A stretch of 64,000 nucleotides of DNA from Anaerohalosphaeraceae bacterium (GTDB lineage Bacteria; Planctomycetota; Phycisphaerae; Sedimentisphaerales; Anaerohalosphaeraceae): assembly GCA_963675525.2 (NCBI GenBank), contig CAXXSL010000018.1:32001-96000 (forward strand), in the 5' to 3' direction. A program made the position numbers and the translations under genes. The notes under the pieces are model-generated. The model did not search any database. It saw only the letters and a list, made by a program, of their open reading frames with translations, and had not been told where the DNA came from. This document shows, in pieces, positions 18,773 through 27,874 of this stretch (position 1 is its first letter; each line of letters starts with the position of its first letter).

Positions 18773-20209
18773 TTACGCCTTTTGTTTTTCGAAATACCAG
18801 CCGTCCCGATAAGGCGGGTTGACATACTTATTCAATTCCGGAATATTAGTTACCTCCATTTTATCACCATCCCACAAAATCTTTTCACCCGGCCTAAACA
18901 GGGACAGATTGCCCATCAGTACCATTTCGGTAAACGGTCCGGCATAGTCAAAGTTCGAACTGGATTGACGTCCTTCCTTAATGGCATTAATCCAGTCCAT
19001 TTCATGGCTTGTCTTGATACGGGAAATCGTCGGCTCCGGTTTTTCATAGGCTTTCATCTTTGCATAAGGGATTAACTGGGGACTTTCAGCGTAGCATCCA
19101 CACATCAGCTTTCCCTTATCACCCACGAAGATAACGCCGTTTCCGTCCGTTCCCATACGCCGGCCTTCTTCCAATTCATCCGGGCGTTCCGGCAGCAAAC
19201 CGCCGTCATACCAGTGGACCTTTACTTCCGGCATCGTCTCCCGTGCGGGGAATTCAAAATGAATCTTTGAACCAAGCGGGTAGGACTCCCCAACCTCCAG
19301 CCTTTTCCTTTTTTCAACAACATTCACTACATAGCTGCCCTGCACACTGGTCGGATATTTCAAATTTAATGCCCAGAACACCGGGTCCAGGACATGACAG
19401 GCCATGTCCCCCAACGCCCCGGTCCCGAAATCAACCCACGCCCTCCAATTCCAGGGATGATAGGCCGGATGATAAGGCCGCTGCGGGGCCGGACCAAGCC
19501 ACAAATCCCAATCCAGCGTTGCCGGTACCGCAGGGGTATCCGTCGGACGAAGCAGTCCCTGCGGCCATATCGGACGGTTTGTCCATGCATGGACCTCACG
19601 AACATCACCAATGGCGCCATCCCAGATCCATTCACAGATACGGCGGATATCATTGCTGCTGTGTCCCTGATTGCCCATTTGCGTGACAACGCCGTATTTA
19701 CGAGCCGCTTCAGTCAGCAAACGCGCTTCATAAACCGAATGCGTCAGCGGCTTTTGGACATAAACGTGTTTGCCGCAACGCATGGCCTCCATCGCGATAC
19801 AGGCATGGGTATGGTCTGGCGTGGCGATAATTACAGCGTCAATCTTGTCCCCCATCTCATCCAGCATGACACGATAATCTTTATACCGCTTGGCCTCAGG
19901 ATATTCGTCAAAGGTTTTTTTAGCATAGTCCCAGTCTACGTCGCACAGTGCGACGATATTTTGAGAGTTGGGGTCCGGCCAGGCACCCTCTTTATTCCGG
20001 TCGCTAAGCGGCAAACAGACTGCTCTCAGATTGCCTTTTCCCATACCGCCAACGCCAATGCCGGCAATATTCAATTTGCCGCTTGGCGGGGTTGTCCCAT
20101 TGCGGCCCAGTACATGGCCGGGCAAGATCGAAAAAGCTGCGATACCGGCGCCGGCCGTCTTGAGGAAGCTACGCCGATCCAATTTTGTCACCTTATGGTT
20201 TTTCATCAT
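18773..20209 (-). CDS. Tat-exported Gfo/Idh/MocA oxidoreductase
   Basis: DRRSFLK, IGVGGMG, ATPDHTH, YVQKPL, GTGALGDMACH. Confidence 0.9.
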   Translation of the reverse strand: MMKNHKVTKLDRRSFLKTAGAGIAAFSILPGHVLGRNGTTPPSGKLNIAGIGVGGMGKGNLRAVCLPLSDRNKEGAWPDPNSQNIVALCDVDWDYAKKTFDEYPEAKRYKDYRVMLDEMGDKIDAVIIATPDHTHACIAMEAMRCGKHVYVQKPLTHSVYEARLLTEAARKYGVVTQMGNQGHSSNDIRRICEWIWDGAIGDVREVHAWTNRPIWPQGLLRPTDTPAVPATLDWDLWLGPAPQRPYHPAYHPWNWRAWVDFGTGALGDMACHVLDPVFWALNLKYPTSVQGSYVVNVVEKRKRLEVGESYPLGSKIHFEFPARETMPEVKVHWYDGGLLPERPDELEEGRRMGTDGNGVIFVGDKGKLMCGCYAESPQLIPYAKMKAYEKPEPTISRIKTSHEMDWINAIKEGRQSSSNFDYAGPFTEMVLMGNLSLFRPGEKILWDGDKMEVTNIPELNKYVNPPYRDGWYFEKQKA

Positions 20210-20246
20210 TCAATTCCTAGAGAAATCTTTATAGTTGGCGCCATGT

Positions 20247-20999
20247 TCACTCATCCAACGGGCGAATCCAGATGTTACGGAATCGCATCGGATTGCCATG
20301 ATCCTGAAGCTTTAAAGGCAGTTTTTTGGCATGGGGTTCATAATGAGACCGGACTTTGTGAAATGTCGTCCCTTCGATCTGCCAATGGTCCTGTACCAGC
20401 ACCCCATTCTGTAAAACCGTAACCACAGCAGGTTTTACGACTTGATCAGCCTCAAAGACAGGCGCATGGAAGATAATATCGTATGTCTGCCATTGACCGG
20501 GTTTTTTGCAGACATTGACCAAGGGCGGCTTTTGCCCATAGATCGCGGCCGCCTGACCGTCAGCATAGGTGACATTATCATAACAATCCAATACCTGTAC
20601 CTCATACTTGCCCATCAGGAATACACCACTGTTCCCGCGCCCCTGACCATCCCCCTTCACCTCATCCGGTGTACGCCATTCTATGTGCAGCTGACAGGAA
20701 CCAAAGGATTGGCGGGTTTCAATATCGCCGGTTTTCGGTACCACCTCCATGAAATCATCCTGCACTTTCCATTTCGCATCGCCGCCGTCATTTAAGCTTT
20801 TCCAGGCGGACAAATTGCTTCCGTCAAACAGCACAATCGCATCAGAAGGCGGATCATTGTCGGTTTGACCCGGTGTGACAACCGGCGGAACCGGACGTGA
20901 TTCATCATGGACGGCCCACTGATAAGACTGTTCTGCTGCACATGCAATAACAGCAAGAATACTGATGACCAAGATGCTTCGGGTAATGATCGTCTTCAT
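20247..20999 (-). CDS. Secreted DUF1080 protein (3-keto-glycoside hydrolase/eliminase family)
   Basis: PPSDAIVLFDG, GNSGVFL, YEVQVLD, LQDHGNPMRFRNIWIR. Confidence 0.9.
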   Translation of the reverse strand: MKTIITRSILVISILAVIACAAEQSYQWAVHDESRPVPPVVTPGQTDNDPPSDAIVLFDGSNLSAWKSLNDGGDAKWKVQDDFMEVVPKTGDIETRQSFGSCQLHIEWRTPDEVKGDGQGRGNSGVFLMGKYEVQVLDCYDNVTYADGQAAAIYGQKPPLVNVCKKPGQWQTYDIIFHAPVFEADQVVKPAVVTVLQNGVLVQDHWQIEGTTFHKVRSHYEPHAKKLPLKLQDHGNPMRFRNIWIRPLDE

Positions 21000-21001
21000 C
21001 C

Positions 21002-23872
21002 TTATTTCCTTTTCTTTTCAAGCAATTCTGCGGCTTTATTTTTTATAACCTCATTGGTACTGGTATTCTTTAAATTCTGCAGAACAGATTTGGCCGCTGA
21101 AGGATTTTGTGTCAGCAGCTTTTCACATATTTGCAGGAGGCTTGCCTCCGCTTCCGCTTTTAAAGCCGGATCATCAAGCTTATCCTTAACGAAAGACAGC
21201 GCCCGGATATTTCCGTAATGACCGAGTACGCCAATCACGATCTTCTGTTCGTCCGGTCGCTCGGCCAATGAATATGCGGCAATTAACTTGTTGACTACCT
21301 GCTGTGGATCCTCGTCAACGGAAGTCTCTAACGCCTGAATATAGGCACGAAACGCCAATACCTTTGTTTTGGTATCCGATCCGGAGCGAGCCAACACTTT
21401 CATTTCTTTGATGAAATCATTTCCCGGCCAGTCGGTCATTGCCCGAAATGCTGCTCCGCTTAATTTTTTGTTTGATGAAGCATATTCGGTCTTCAACAAC
21501 TCAATTGTATCCTTTTGGCCCAACTTGCCCATCACTCGCAGAAGAGACACTTTGGCGTCCTCATTATCTGTAATTGCTGAATATTTATTCATAATCATTG
21601 CGGCAAGCGCGTCACGATTTGGCATTTTTTCGGCAATGACGAGCAATGCATTTTCTGTGTTTGTTGCCGGTCTGGAAATCACCAGATCGACCAACGCTTC
21701 GGCATGTTTCGGCCCGGCCAGCGATTGAATTGCTCGAACGGATTCGGAAGAAATTCTCTGGTTATCGGTTTGGGCCGTTTGAAACAGTACGTCTGGTGCA
21801 CCTTCAATCTGTCGGCTCACGGTTGCTTTTATCAATTCGACAACACCCTTTTCATCAAGCCCTCCCTTTGGTGAATCACCAATCTTTTTCAGAATGGCCG
21901 TATCAATTTCTTTACCGGGAATTTGGTATAACGCCTTCTGTGCCGCGGTACGCTCATCGCGATCCGGCGCCATCCCGGCGGACATGGCGAGAATTTCGAT
22001 GTCCGAGGCATTGCCGGTTTTGGCCAGCGCCTTGAAAGCGGCAATTCTCATGGACGACTGATCGCTGTTTACCATTTGCAGCGCCATCGCCCTGCCCGCT
22101 TCCCGCGACTTATCAGACAGAACCGATAATAGCTGGATTTGTACTGTTTGGGGCATCGTGGACGCATCTGCGGCAATGGATTCCAAAAACGGATTATTAT
22201 TAATATATCCCAGGGACTGGATCGCCGCCGTACGTACTTTCACATCTTCTCCCCGGATGGCATTTGATAACAGCGTCTGAATGTTCGTTGCATCGGCCTT
22301 GGCCAGGCCCGTCAGCGCGGCGGCGCGGATAACCGGCGGATTCCCCGCCTGATACAGCTTTTGATAGATTGCATTCGCCTGCTGTTTTTGGCCTGTCTTG
22401 CATAGGGCCTCTGCACACATCAGAAGTGCATCGGCGCAACGTTCTTGAGCGGAACCGGCTAAATCGGTTTTGATACGAAACAATTCGTCGGTCGATGCTT
22501 CCGACCCGAGCATCCCTAAGGCCCTGAAAAATGCAGCGCTGACTTGTTCATCATTTTCTGCCGTCGTTAAAAATATTTCACGCGACAGGGAAACAACACG
22601 TTCACTCTTGCGATCACCGAGTGTTGTGAGAATGCCGATTAAAACATGTTTATTCTTCGTTGCTTTGGCCGTCTTTACGAAAACGTCGTCTACGGCCTGC
22701 CCGGGTATCTTTTCTAATGCATAACGGGCGATATTGGTTGTTTCGGGGTCTGCCAGCATTTCGGATAAAACCGGTACTGACTTTTCCGTTCCGATCACGG
22801 CCAGTTGTCGGCAGATAAAATCCTTAGCCGCCGGCGACACATCGGTATCCAGTTGCGCCAGCAGTTTGCCTTCAATAACGCCGAGTGCTTTTTCATCGTT
22901 AAAATGCGACCGAATCAAAGCCTGAATTTGGATTAAAGCCGCGCGGCTCTTGTTCCAGTCATATTCATCAAGCTGTGTGATCAGGTTATCCAACGCATTG
23001 ACATCGAACAGATGTGAACCGGCCTTAATGGGACTGTCGTCCACCTTCAAGTCACCCATAGCATACTGGATGCCGGCCAGGTAATGTGCCAGCACGGCCG
23101 GATTCCAGGTAACCGCATTGTCATGGCCCAGGGAACAATAAAACAGCCGCCCACTTCCGACGGGTTTAATCCAACTAATGCCGGTATCCATATCATCCGG
23201 CTCAACCCCCTCGGCATTACGCGTCGTCGGATCAGACATATCCAGGCTCATCAATACGCGCTGTTTGTCGCGGGAATAAAGCGGCGGTGCGGTGCGGTAA
23301 ATCTCATCCTTGATCTTAAATCCCTGCCCTTCAAATGATTTCACGAGTGGATGGTCCGGATCGTCTATCTTGATGGCCCATGTGCCGCTGCCGACCCACG
23401 GGTGGCCCTTGAACACCCCTCCCATCATTTCCATGCCTGCGGGCCATTCATTAAAGTTATCCGTGGCCGCATGGATACCGACGATTCCCTTGCCGCTCTT
23501 GATAAAATTCATGATTGCCTGCTGCTGTTCGTCATTCGGCACCAGTCCGGTTGTATTGTTAAAGCAGATCACATCGAAGCGTTTCAGCGACTCGGGTGTA
23601 AAGACACTCATATCATCGCTGTGAACAACCTTGAAAGCACCGGTCTTTTCGCCCATCACATCCAGCGCCTTGGTCCAATAGGGAATCGAACTATGCTTGA
23701 AGCCATTGCATAAACTAAAGACCAGCATTGTCCGCGGTTTAACCGAATGGACGATCGGTTTATCCGGCATGGCTTGCTGTATTTTCTGAACTTCCGGATC
23801 TGTAACGGCCAAGGTAAGTGTTGCTGTTAAGAGTATAAAAAGTACAAAAAACTTTATGTAATTGTGCATCAT
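21002..23872 (-). CDS. ThuA-like (class I GATase fold) domain fused to HEAT repeats, secreted
   Basis: GFKHSSIP, GKGIVGIHAATD, GHPW, DEIY, GRLFYCSLGH; Ala/Leu-rich helical repeats (ARYALEKIPG, RAAAL); GAGGTGG RBS before the ATG at 23872. Confidence 0.85.
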   Translation of the reverse strand: MMHNYIKFFVLFILLTATLTLAVTDPEVQKIQQAMPDKPIVHSVKPRTMLVFSLCNGFKHSSIPYWTKALDVMGEKTGAFKVVHSDDMSVFTPESLKRFDVICFNNTTGLVPNDEQQQAIMNFIKSGKGIVGIHAATDNFNEWPAGMEMMGGVFKGHPWVGSGTWAIKIDDPDHPLVKSFEGQGFKIKDEIYRTAPPLYSRDKQRVLMSLDMSDPTTRNAEGVEPDDMDTGISWIKPVGSGRLFYCSLGHDNAVTWNPAVLAHYLAGIQYAMGDLKVDDSPIKAGSHLFDVNALDNLITQLDEYDWNKSRAALIQIQALIRSHFNDEKALGVIEGKLLAQLDTDVSPAAKDFICRQLAVIGTEKSVPVLSEMLADPETTNIARYALEKIPGQAVDDVFVKTAKATKNKHVLIGILTTLGDRKSERVVSLSREIFLTTAENDEQVSAAFFRALGMLGSEASTDELFRIKTDLAGSAQERCADALLMCAEALCKTGQKQQANAIYQKLYQAGNPPVIRAAALTGLAKADATNIQTLLSNAIRGEDVKVRTAAIQSLGYINNNPFLESIAADASTMPQTVQIQLLSVLSDKSREAGRAMALQMVNSDQSSMRIAAFKALAKTGNASDIEILAMSAGMAPDRDERTAAQKALYQIPGKEIDTAILKKIGDSPKGGLDEKGVVELIKATVSRQIEGAPDVLFQTAQTDNQRISSESVRAIQSLAGPKHAEALVDLVISRPATNTENALLVIAEKMPNRDALAAMIMNKYSAITDNEDAKVSLLRVMGKLGQKDTIELLKTEYASSNKKLSGAAFRAMTDWPGNDFIKEMKVLARSGSDTKTKVLAFRAYIQALETSVDEDPQQVVNKLIAAYSLAERPDEQKIVIGVLGHYGNIRALSFVKDKLDDPALKAEAEASLLQICEKLLTQNPSAAKSVLQNLKNTSTNEVIKNKAAELLEKKRK

Positions 23873-23916
23873 GCCACCTCGTTTTATCAAATCGAATATA
23901 CCTTTTTTTATTCCGT

Positions 23917-25230
23917 TCACAATTGCCAGGGACCACGATAAGAACGCATCAAATAACGGCTTGCTTCTTCGTCTCCAACAAATTCTTCTTTTTCAGGATT
24001 CCACTTTAATTGACGCCCTGTCAACATCGCGATTTCTCCCAGGAGACCCACACTGATAGAACGATGGGCCACCTCGGCAGGGGTAATTGTTTCTCTGCGT
24101 GATTTAACACAATCAATAAAATTCCTGTGGTGATTGTCGCTTTTGTATAGCTGTATTTCGTCAGGCCCAATCACTTCACGAAGTATATTTGTATTGGAAG
24201 CCTGCAGTCCTGCCCGATTGACATGAACCCACCCCTGGTCCCCATACCAGCAGGTTCCCATTCCGTGTGGCTGTTTAGATGCATTTGCTACACGAATTGT
24301 TATTCCATTTTCATAGGTGCACATAAAATTATATGCATAAGGGACATCATAAATCCCATCTTCGGGATACTCGCCTTTGCCCTCGATCTCTACAGGTCCG
24401 GTCCGGTCCAATCCCAACCCCCAATGAGCCACATCAATATGATGACCCGCCCAATCCGTTAACTGTCCGCCTGAATAGTCCATGATCCACCGCCAGTCCC
24501 AGTGAACCCCCTGTCTGCCAAAATCCTGGTAAGGACGCCACGGAGCTGACCCCAGCCACATGTCATAATTGAACGTGTCCGGCACGGAAAGAAACTGCAC
24601 ATCCGGGCCTCGCCGATCCCCGTCCGGCAATCCGACTTCGACATGCTTGACATTTCCAATGCGTCCATTGCGAACCAGTTCTGCGGCTCGATGGAAATTG
24701 GAAACCGATCGCTGCCAACTGCCCGTCTGCCATATCGTGCCATACCGTTTCACCGCATCACAGATTGCCCGCCCTTCATAAATCGATCGTGCCAGCGGCT
24801 TTTCCCCGTACATATCAATTCCCTTACGGGTACATGCTACGGCAACGGAAGCATGCCAGTGGTCCGGTAGTCCATGACTGGCAATATCAACCTCTTCTTT
24901 ATCGAGAAGTTCTCGATAATCCTGGTAAATCCGACAATCATTATTACCGTATCGATTGTCAACGTTCCTTTTTTGTTCGTTAGCGCGATTTAAATCGACA
25001 TCGCAAACCGCAACGACCTGTAATTCAGAACCCAATCCTAAAAAAGAATTTAAATTGGCGCTGCCCATCGACCCGCAGCCAATCTGAGCCATCGTAAGAC
25101 GATTACTGGGAGCAATTGTCCCGGCTTTGCCTAAGGCAGAAGAACGAATAATATAAGGAAAGCCAACCACACCTGCGGTCACAGCCATTGTCTTTTTCAA
25201 AAACATCCGTCGGTTGACCGTTTTTCTCAT
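23917..25230 (-). CDS. Tat-exported Gfo/Idh/MocA oxidoreductase, close paralog of 548..1888
   Basis: NRRMFLK, IGCGSMG, PDHWH, YGEKPL, DWAGHHIDVAHW. Confidence 0.9.
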   Translation of the reverse strand: MRKTVNRRMFLKKTMAVTAGVVGFPYIIRSSALGKAGTIAPSNRLTMAQIGCGSMGSANLNSFLGLGSELQVVAVCDVDLNRANEQKRNVDNRYGNNDCRIYQDYRELLDKEEVDIASHGLPDHWHASVAVACTRKGIDMYGEKPLARSIYEGRAICDAVKRYGTIWQTGSWQRSVSNFHRAAELVRNGRIGNVKHVEVGLPDGDRRGPDVQFLSVPDTFNYDMWLGSAPWRPYQDFGRQGVHWDWRWIMDYSGGQLTDWAGHHIDVAHWGLGLDRTGPVEIEGKGEYPEDGIYDVPYAYNFMCTYENGITIRVANASKQPHGMGTCWYGDQGWVHVNRAGLQASNTNILREVIGPDEIQLYKSDNHHRNFIDCVKSRRETITPAEVAHRSISVGLLGEIAMLTGRQLKWNPEKEEFVGDEEASRYLMRSYRGPWQL

Positions 25231-25350
25231 AAGTTAAATCCTGAATTCATTTTATCAATCGTTGGTTTTATAGACAAGAACTCCGTAAACGACTATTTTA
25301 TTTCAGCGTTCGCAGTAAACGCTTTTTCACGAGGATTATCGTACCCATTA

Positions 25351-26340
25351 TTATCCAAAGGCATCATCGAACTGAACATTGGATGGCGCAAAGTCAACTT
25401 GCTTCACAAAATCGCAAGCTTCCGCCGCACCATGCATACGATCCATTCCACAATCTTCCCATTCGACTGACAGAGGACCCGTATAGCCGATTTGGTTTAA
25501 GGTACGAATAATCTCCTCAAAATCCACTCCGCCGTGCCCCAGTGACCGGAAATCCCATCCACGATTTGGCTTTCCAAAATTCAAATGCGACCCCAGAATA
25601 CCGGTATAACCGTCCAGTTGAAGCGCCGCGTCTTTCATGTGAACATGATATATGCGGTCTGGAAACTCTTTCAAAAATCGAACCGGATCGACCATCTGCC
25701 AGTGCAAGTGACTCGGGTCAAAATTGAAACCAAATGCCTCACGATGCCCAACAGCCTCCAATGCCTTTTTAGCGGTCACAATATCGAATGCGATCTCGGT
25801 CGGGTGAACTTCCAACGCAAACTTCACATCGTTTTCATCAAAAACATCCAGGATCGGATTCCACATTTCAGCGAAGTACTTGAACCCATCATCAATCATC
25901 TGATCAGTCACCGGTGGGAAACTGTAAAGCATATGCCAGATACTTGAGCCGGTAAATCCATTGACGACTTTAATGCCCAGATTTCCGGCCGCCTTTGCAG
26001 ATGCTTTCATCGCACCCACTGCCCAGGCTCGTTTCTTTTCGGCATCGCCCGCGCAATCAGCCGGCGCAAACATATCGGAGCGAGAGTCATTATTCAGATC
26101 ACACACCAACTGGCCGGCCAGGTGATTGCTGATCGCAAACAACTGAAGATTGTTTTTTTTCAGAATCGCTTTCTGCCGATCGCAGTAATCCATATTCTCG
26201 GCGGCTTTGAATACATCCATATGATCGCCCCAACAGGCCAGTTCCAAGCCATCGTAACCCATTTCAGCCATTTTTTGAGCCAGTTCTTCGAGCGTTAAAT
26301 CCGCCCACTGGCCGGTAAACATCGTTACAGGTCGTGCCAT
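25351..26340 (-). CDS. Sugar phosphate isomerase/epimerase family TIM barrel (IolE/AP_endonuc_2-like), cytoplasmic
   Basis: MARPVTMFTGQWADL, LELACWGDH, LEVHP, FDPSH, HVHMKD, SVEWED. Confidence 0.9.
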   Translation of the reverse strand: MARPVTMFTGQWADLTLEELAQKMAEMGYDGLELACWGDHMDVFKAAENMDYCDRQKAILKKNNLQLFAISNHLAGQLVCDLNNDSRSDMFAPADCAGDAEKKRAWAVGAMKASAKAAGNLGIKVVNGFTGSSIWHMLYSFPPVTDQMIDDGFKYFAEMWNPILDVFDENDVKFALEVHPTEIAFDIVTAKKALEAVGHREAFGFNFDPSHLHWQMVDPVRFLKEFPDRIYHVHMKDAALQLDGYTGILGSHLNFGKPNRGWDFRSLGHGGVDFEEIIRTLNQIGYTGPLSVEWEDCGMDRMHGAAEACDFVKQVDFAPSNVQFDDAFG

Positions 26341-26370
26341 ATCAACATCTCCTTGATCTATTCTTTGGGT

Positions 26371-27543
26371 TTACTTTTTAAATTGAGTCCATTTCTGTTT
26401 ACTCTTGGCGCTGGCAACCAGCGTCTCCAAAAACAGCATGCCGCGCAAACCATCTTCCACATTCGGGAAATCCAGCATCAACGCGTCCGGTTTGACACGC
26501 ATGATGCGAGCCTTCACCGTATCGGTAAAATTACGATAAATATTCGCCATCGCCTCAAAGAACGCTTCTGGGTGTCCGCTTGGCAGCCGTGTTGCACGAC
26601 CGGCAGCCTGGCTGTAATCGCCGATATACGCATTGCCGCGTTTCCATGTTTGCATCGCCCCGTCCTGCGATTTGACATAGAGATAATTCGGATGTTCCTG
26701 ATGCCATTCCAGGCCGCCCTTTTCGCCGTAAACCCAAATAGCCAGATCATTTTCTTCTCCAACGGAAATCTGACTGGCATGGAGGACTCCGCGAGCACCA
26801 TTATTATACTTAACAAGACAGTTGACGTCATCATCCAGCTTGCGACCCTTAACAAATGATGTCAGTTCGGCACAGAGATGGGTCATCTTCAAGCCGGTAA
26901 TGTATTCGGCCAGATTTTCAGCATGGGTACCGATGTCGCCTCCGCAGCCGGAAGCCCCGCTTTGTTTCGGGTCCGTACGCCAGGAGGCCTGCTGTTGACC
27001 GGTTTTTTCCAGAGCGGTGGATAACCAGCCTTGTGGATACTGGACAACAATCTTGCGAACTTTCCCAAGCTCACCATTTTTAACCATGTCTTTGGCCAGC
27101 TTCACCATTGGATAACCGGTGTAATTATGCATTAAGCCAAAGACGCGGCGTGTTTTTTTGGCAATTTTAACCAGAGCACGCGCTTCCTTCGTTGTCAGCG
27201 TCATCGGCTTTTCGCACATGACATGAAACCCCGCTTCGAGAAGGTCTTTTGCGATCGGGAAATGCCAATTATTCGGTGTGCATACCGTCACGAAGTCCAT
27301 GCGCTCACCATCAGGAAGTTGGATCTCTTTTTCGATCATTTCCTTATAGTCTTTATAAACACGTTTAGGGTTGAGATTCAGCTCTCTCCCCATTTGTTTA
27401 GATTTGCGCGGATTGATGTCGAACGCACCCCCAACAATTTCGATTTGACCATCCATTCGGGCGGCCTTGCGGTGCACATCACCAATGAATGCACCCGGAC
27501 CACCTCCAACCATCCCCATTTTCAGCATTCTGCCAAGATTCAT
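26371..27543 (-). CDS. Cytoplasmic Gfo/Idh/MocA oxidoreductase
   Basis: GMVGGGPGAFIG, TPNNWH, CEKPM, YPQGW, DIGTHA; no Tat motif; alternative start at 27558. Confidence 0.9.
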   Translation of the reverse strand: MNLGRMLKMGMVGGGPGAFIGDVHRKAARMDGQIEIVGGAFDINPRKSKQMGRELNLNPKRVYKDYKEMIEKEIQLPDGERMDFVTVCTPNNWHFPIAKDLLEAGFHVMCEKPMTLTTKEARALVKIAKKTRRVFGLMHNYTGYPMVKLAKDMVKNGELGKVRKIVVQYPQGWLSTALEKTGQQQASWRTDPKQSGASGCGGDIGTHAENLAEYITGLKMTHLCAELTSFVKGRKLDDDVNCLVKYNNGARGVLHASQISVGEENDLAIWVYGEKGGLEWHQEHPNYLYVKSQDGAMQTWKRGNAYIGDYSQAAGRATRLPSGHPEAFFEAMANIYRNFTDTVKARIMRVKPDALMLDFPNVEDGLRGMLFLETLVASAKSKQKWTQFKK

Positions 27544-27874
27544 GCCGACCCCTTTCATGAAATGAAATGTTGTGTTAAATTCATTCTCGATAAATACCTA
27601 CAAGGAACAGTTATCTTATTGCAACTGACAAATACAAACAAGCAAAAAACCCAAGATCCAATCGGCCATAAATTCACACTACGGATTAGCTGTCTAAAAG
27701 TGTATCGCTGGCGCGCAAGGAATGTTCGTTAGGGGTAGGGAATGTCGTGATTCCGAGTGATTCCTGTTTGTTTCTTTTATAGAATAGGATACCTGGGGGC
27801 AACCAGTCGCTGACCAATCCGCTCGTCAGACAATAAAACAATCAGGGTGCCCGCCTGGAAACAGATTCCTGTAT

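Noticed and set aside
19394..20422. 342-aa plus-strand ORF
   Set aside because: Antisense shadow of a well-supported oxidoreductase and DUF1080; no recognisable motifs
27700..27870. Possible structured RNA or riboswitch upstream of the oxidoreductase operon
   Set aside because: Only short imperfect complementarities; no recognisable Rfam consensus. An Infernal scan would be needed.
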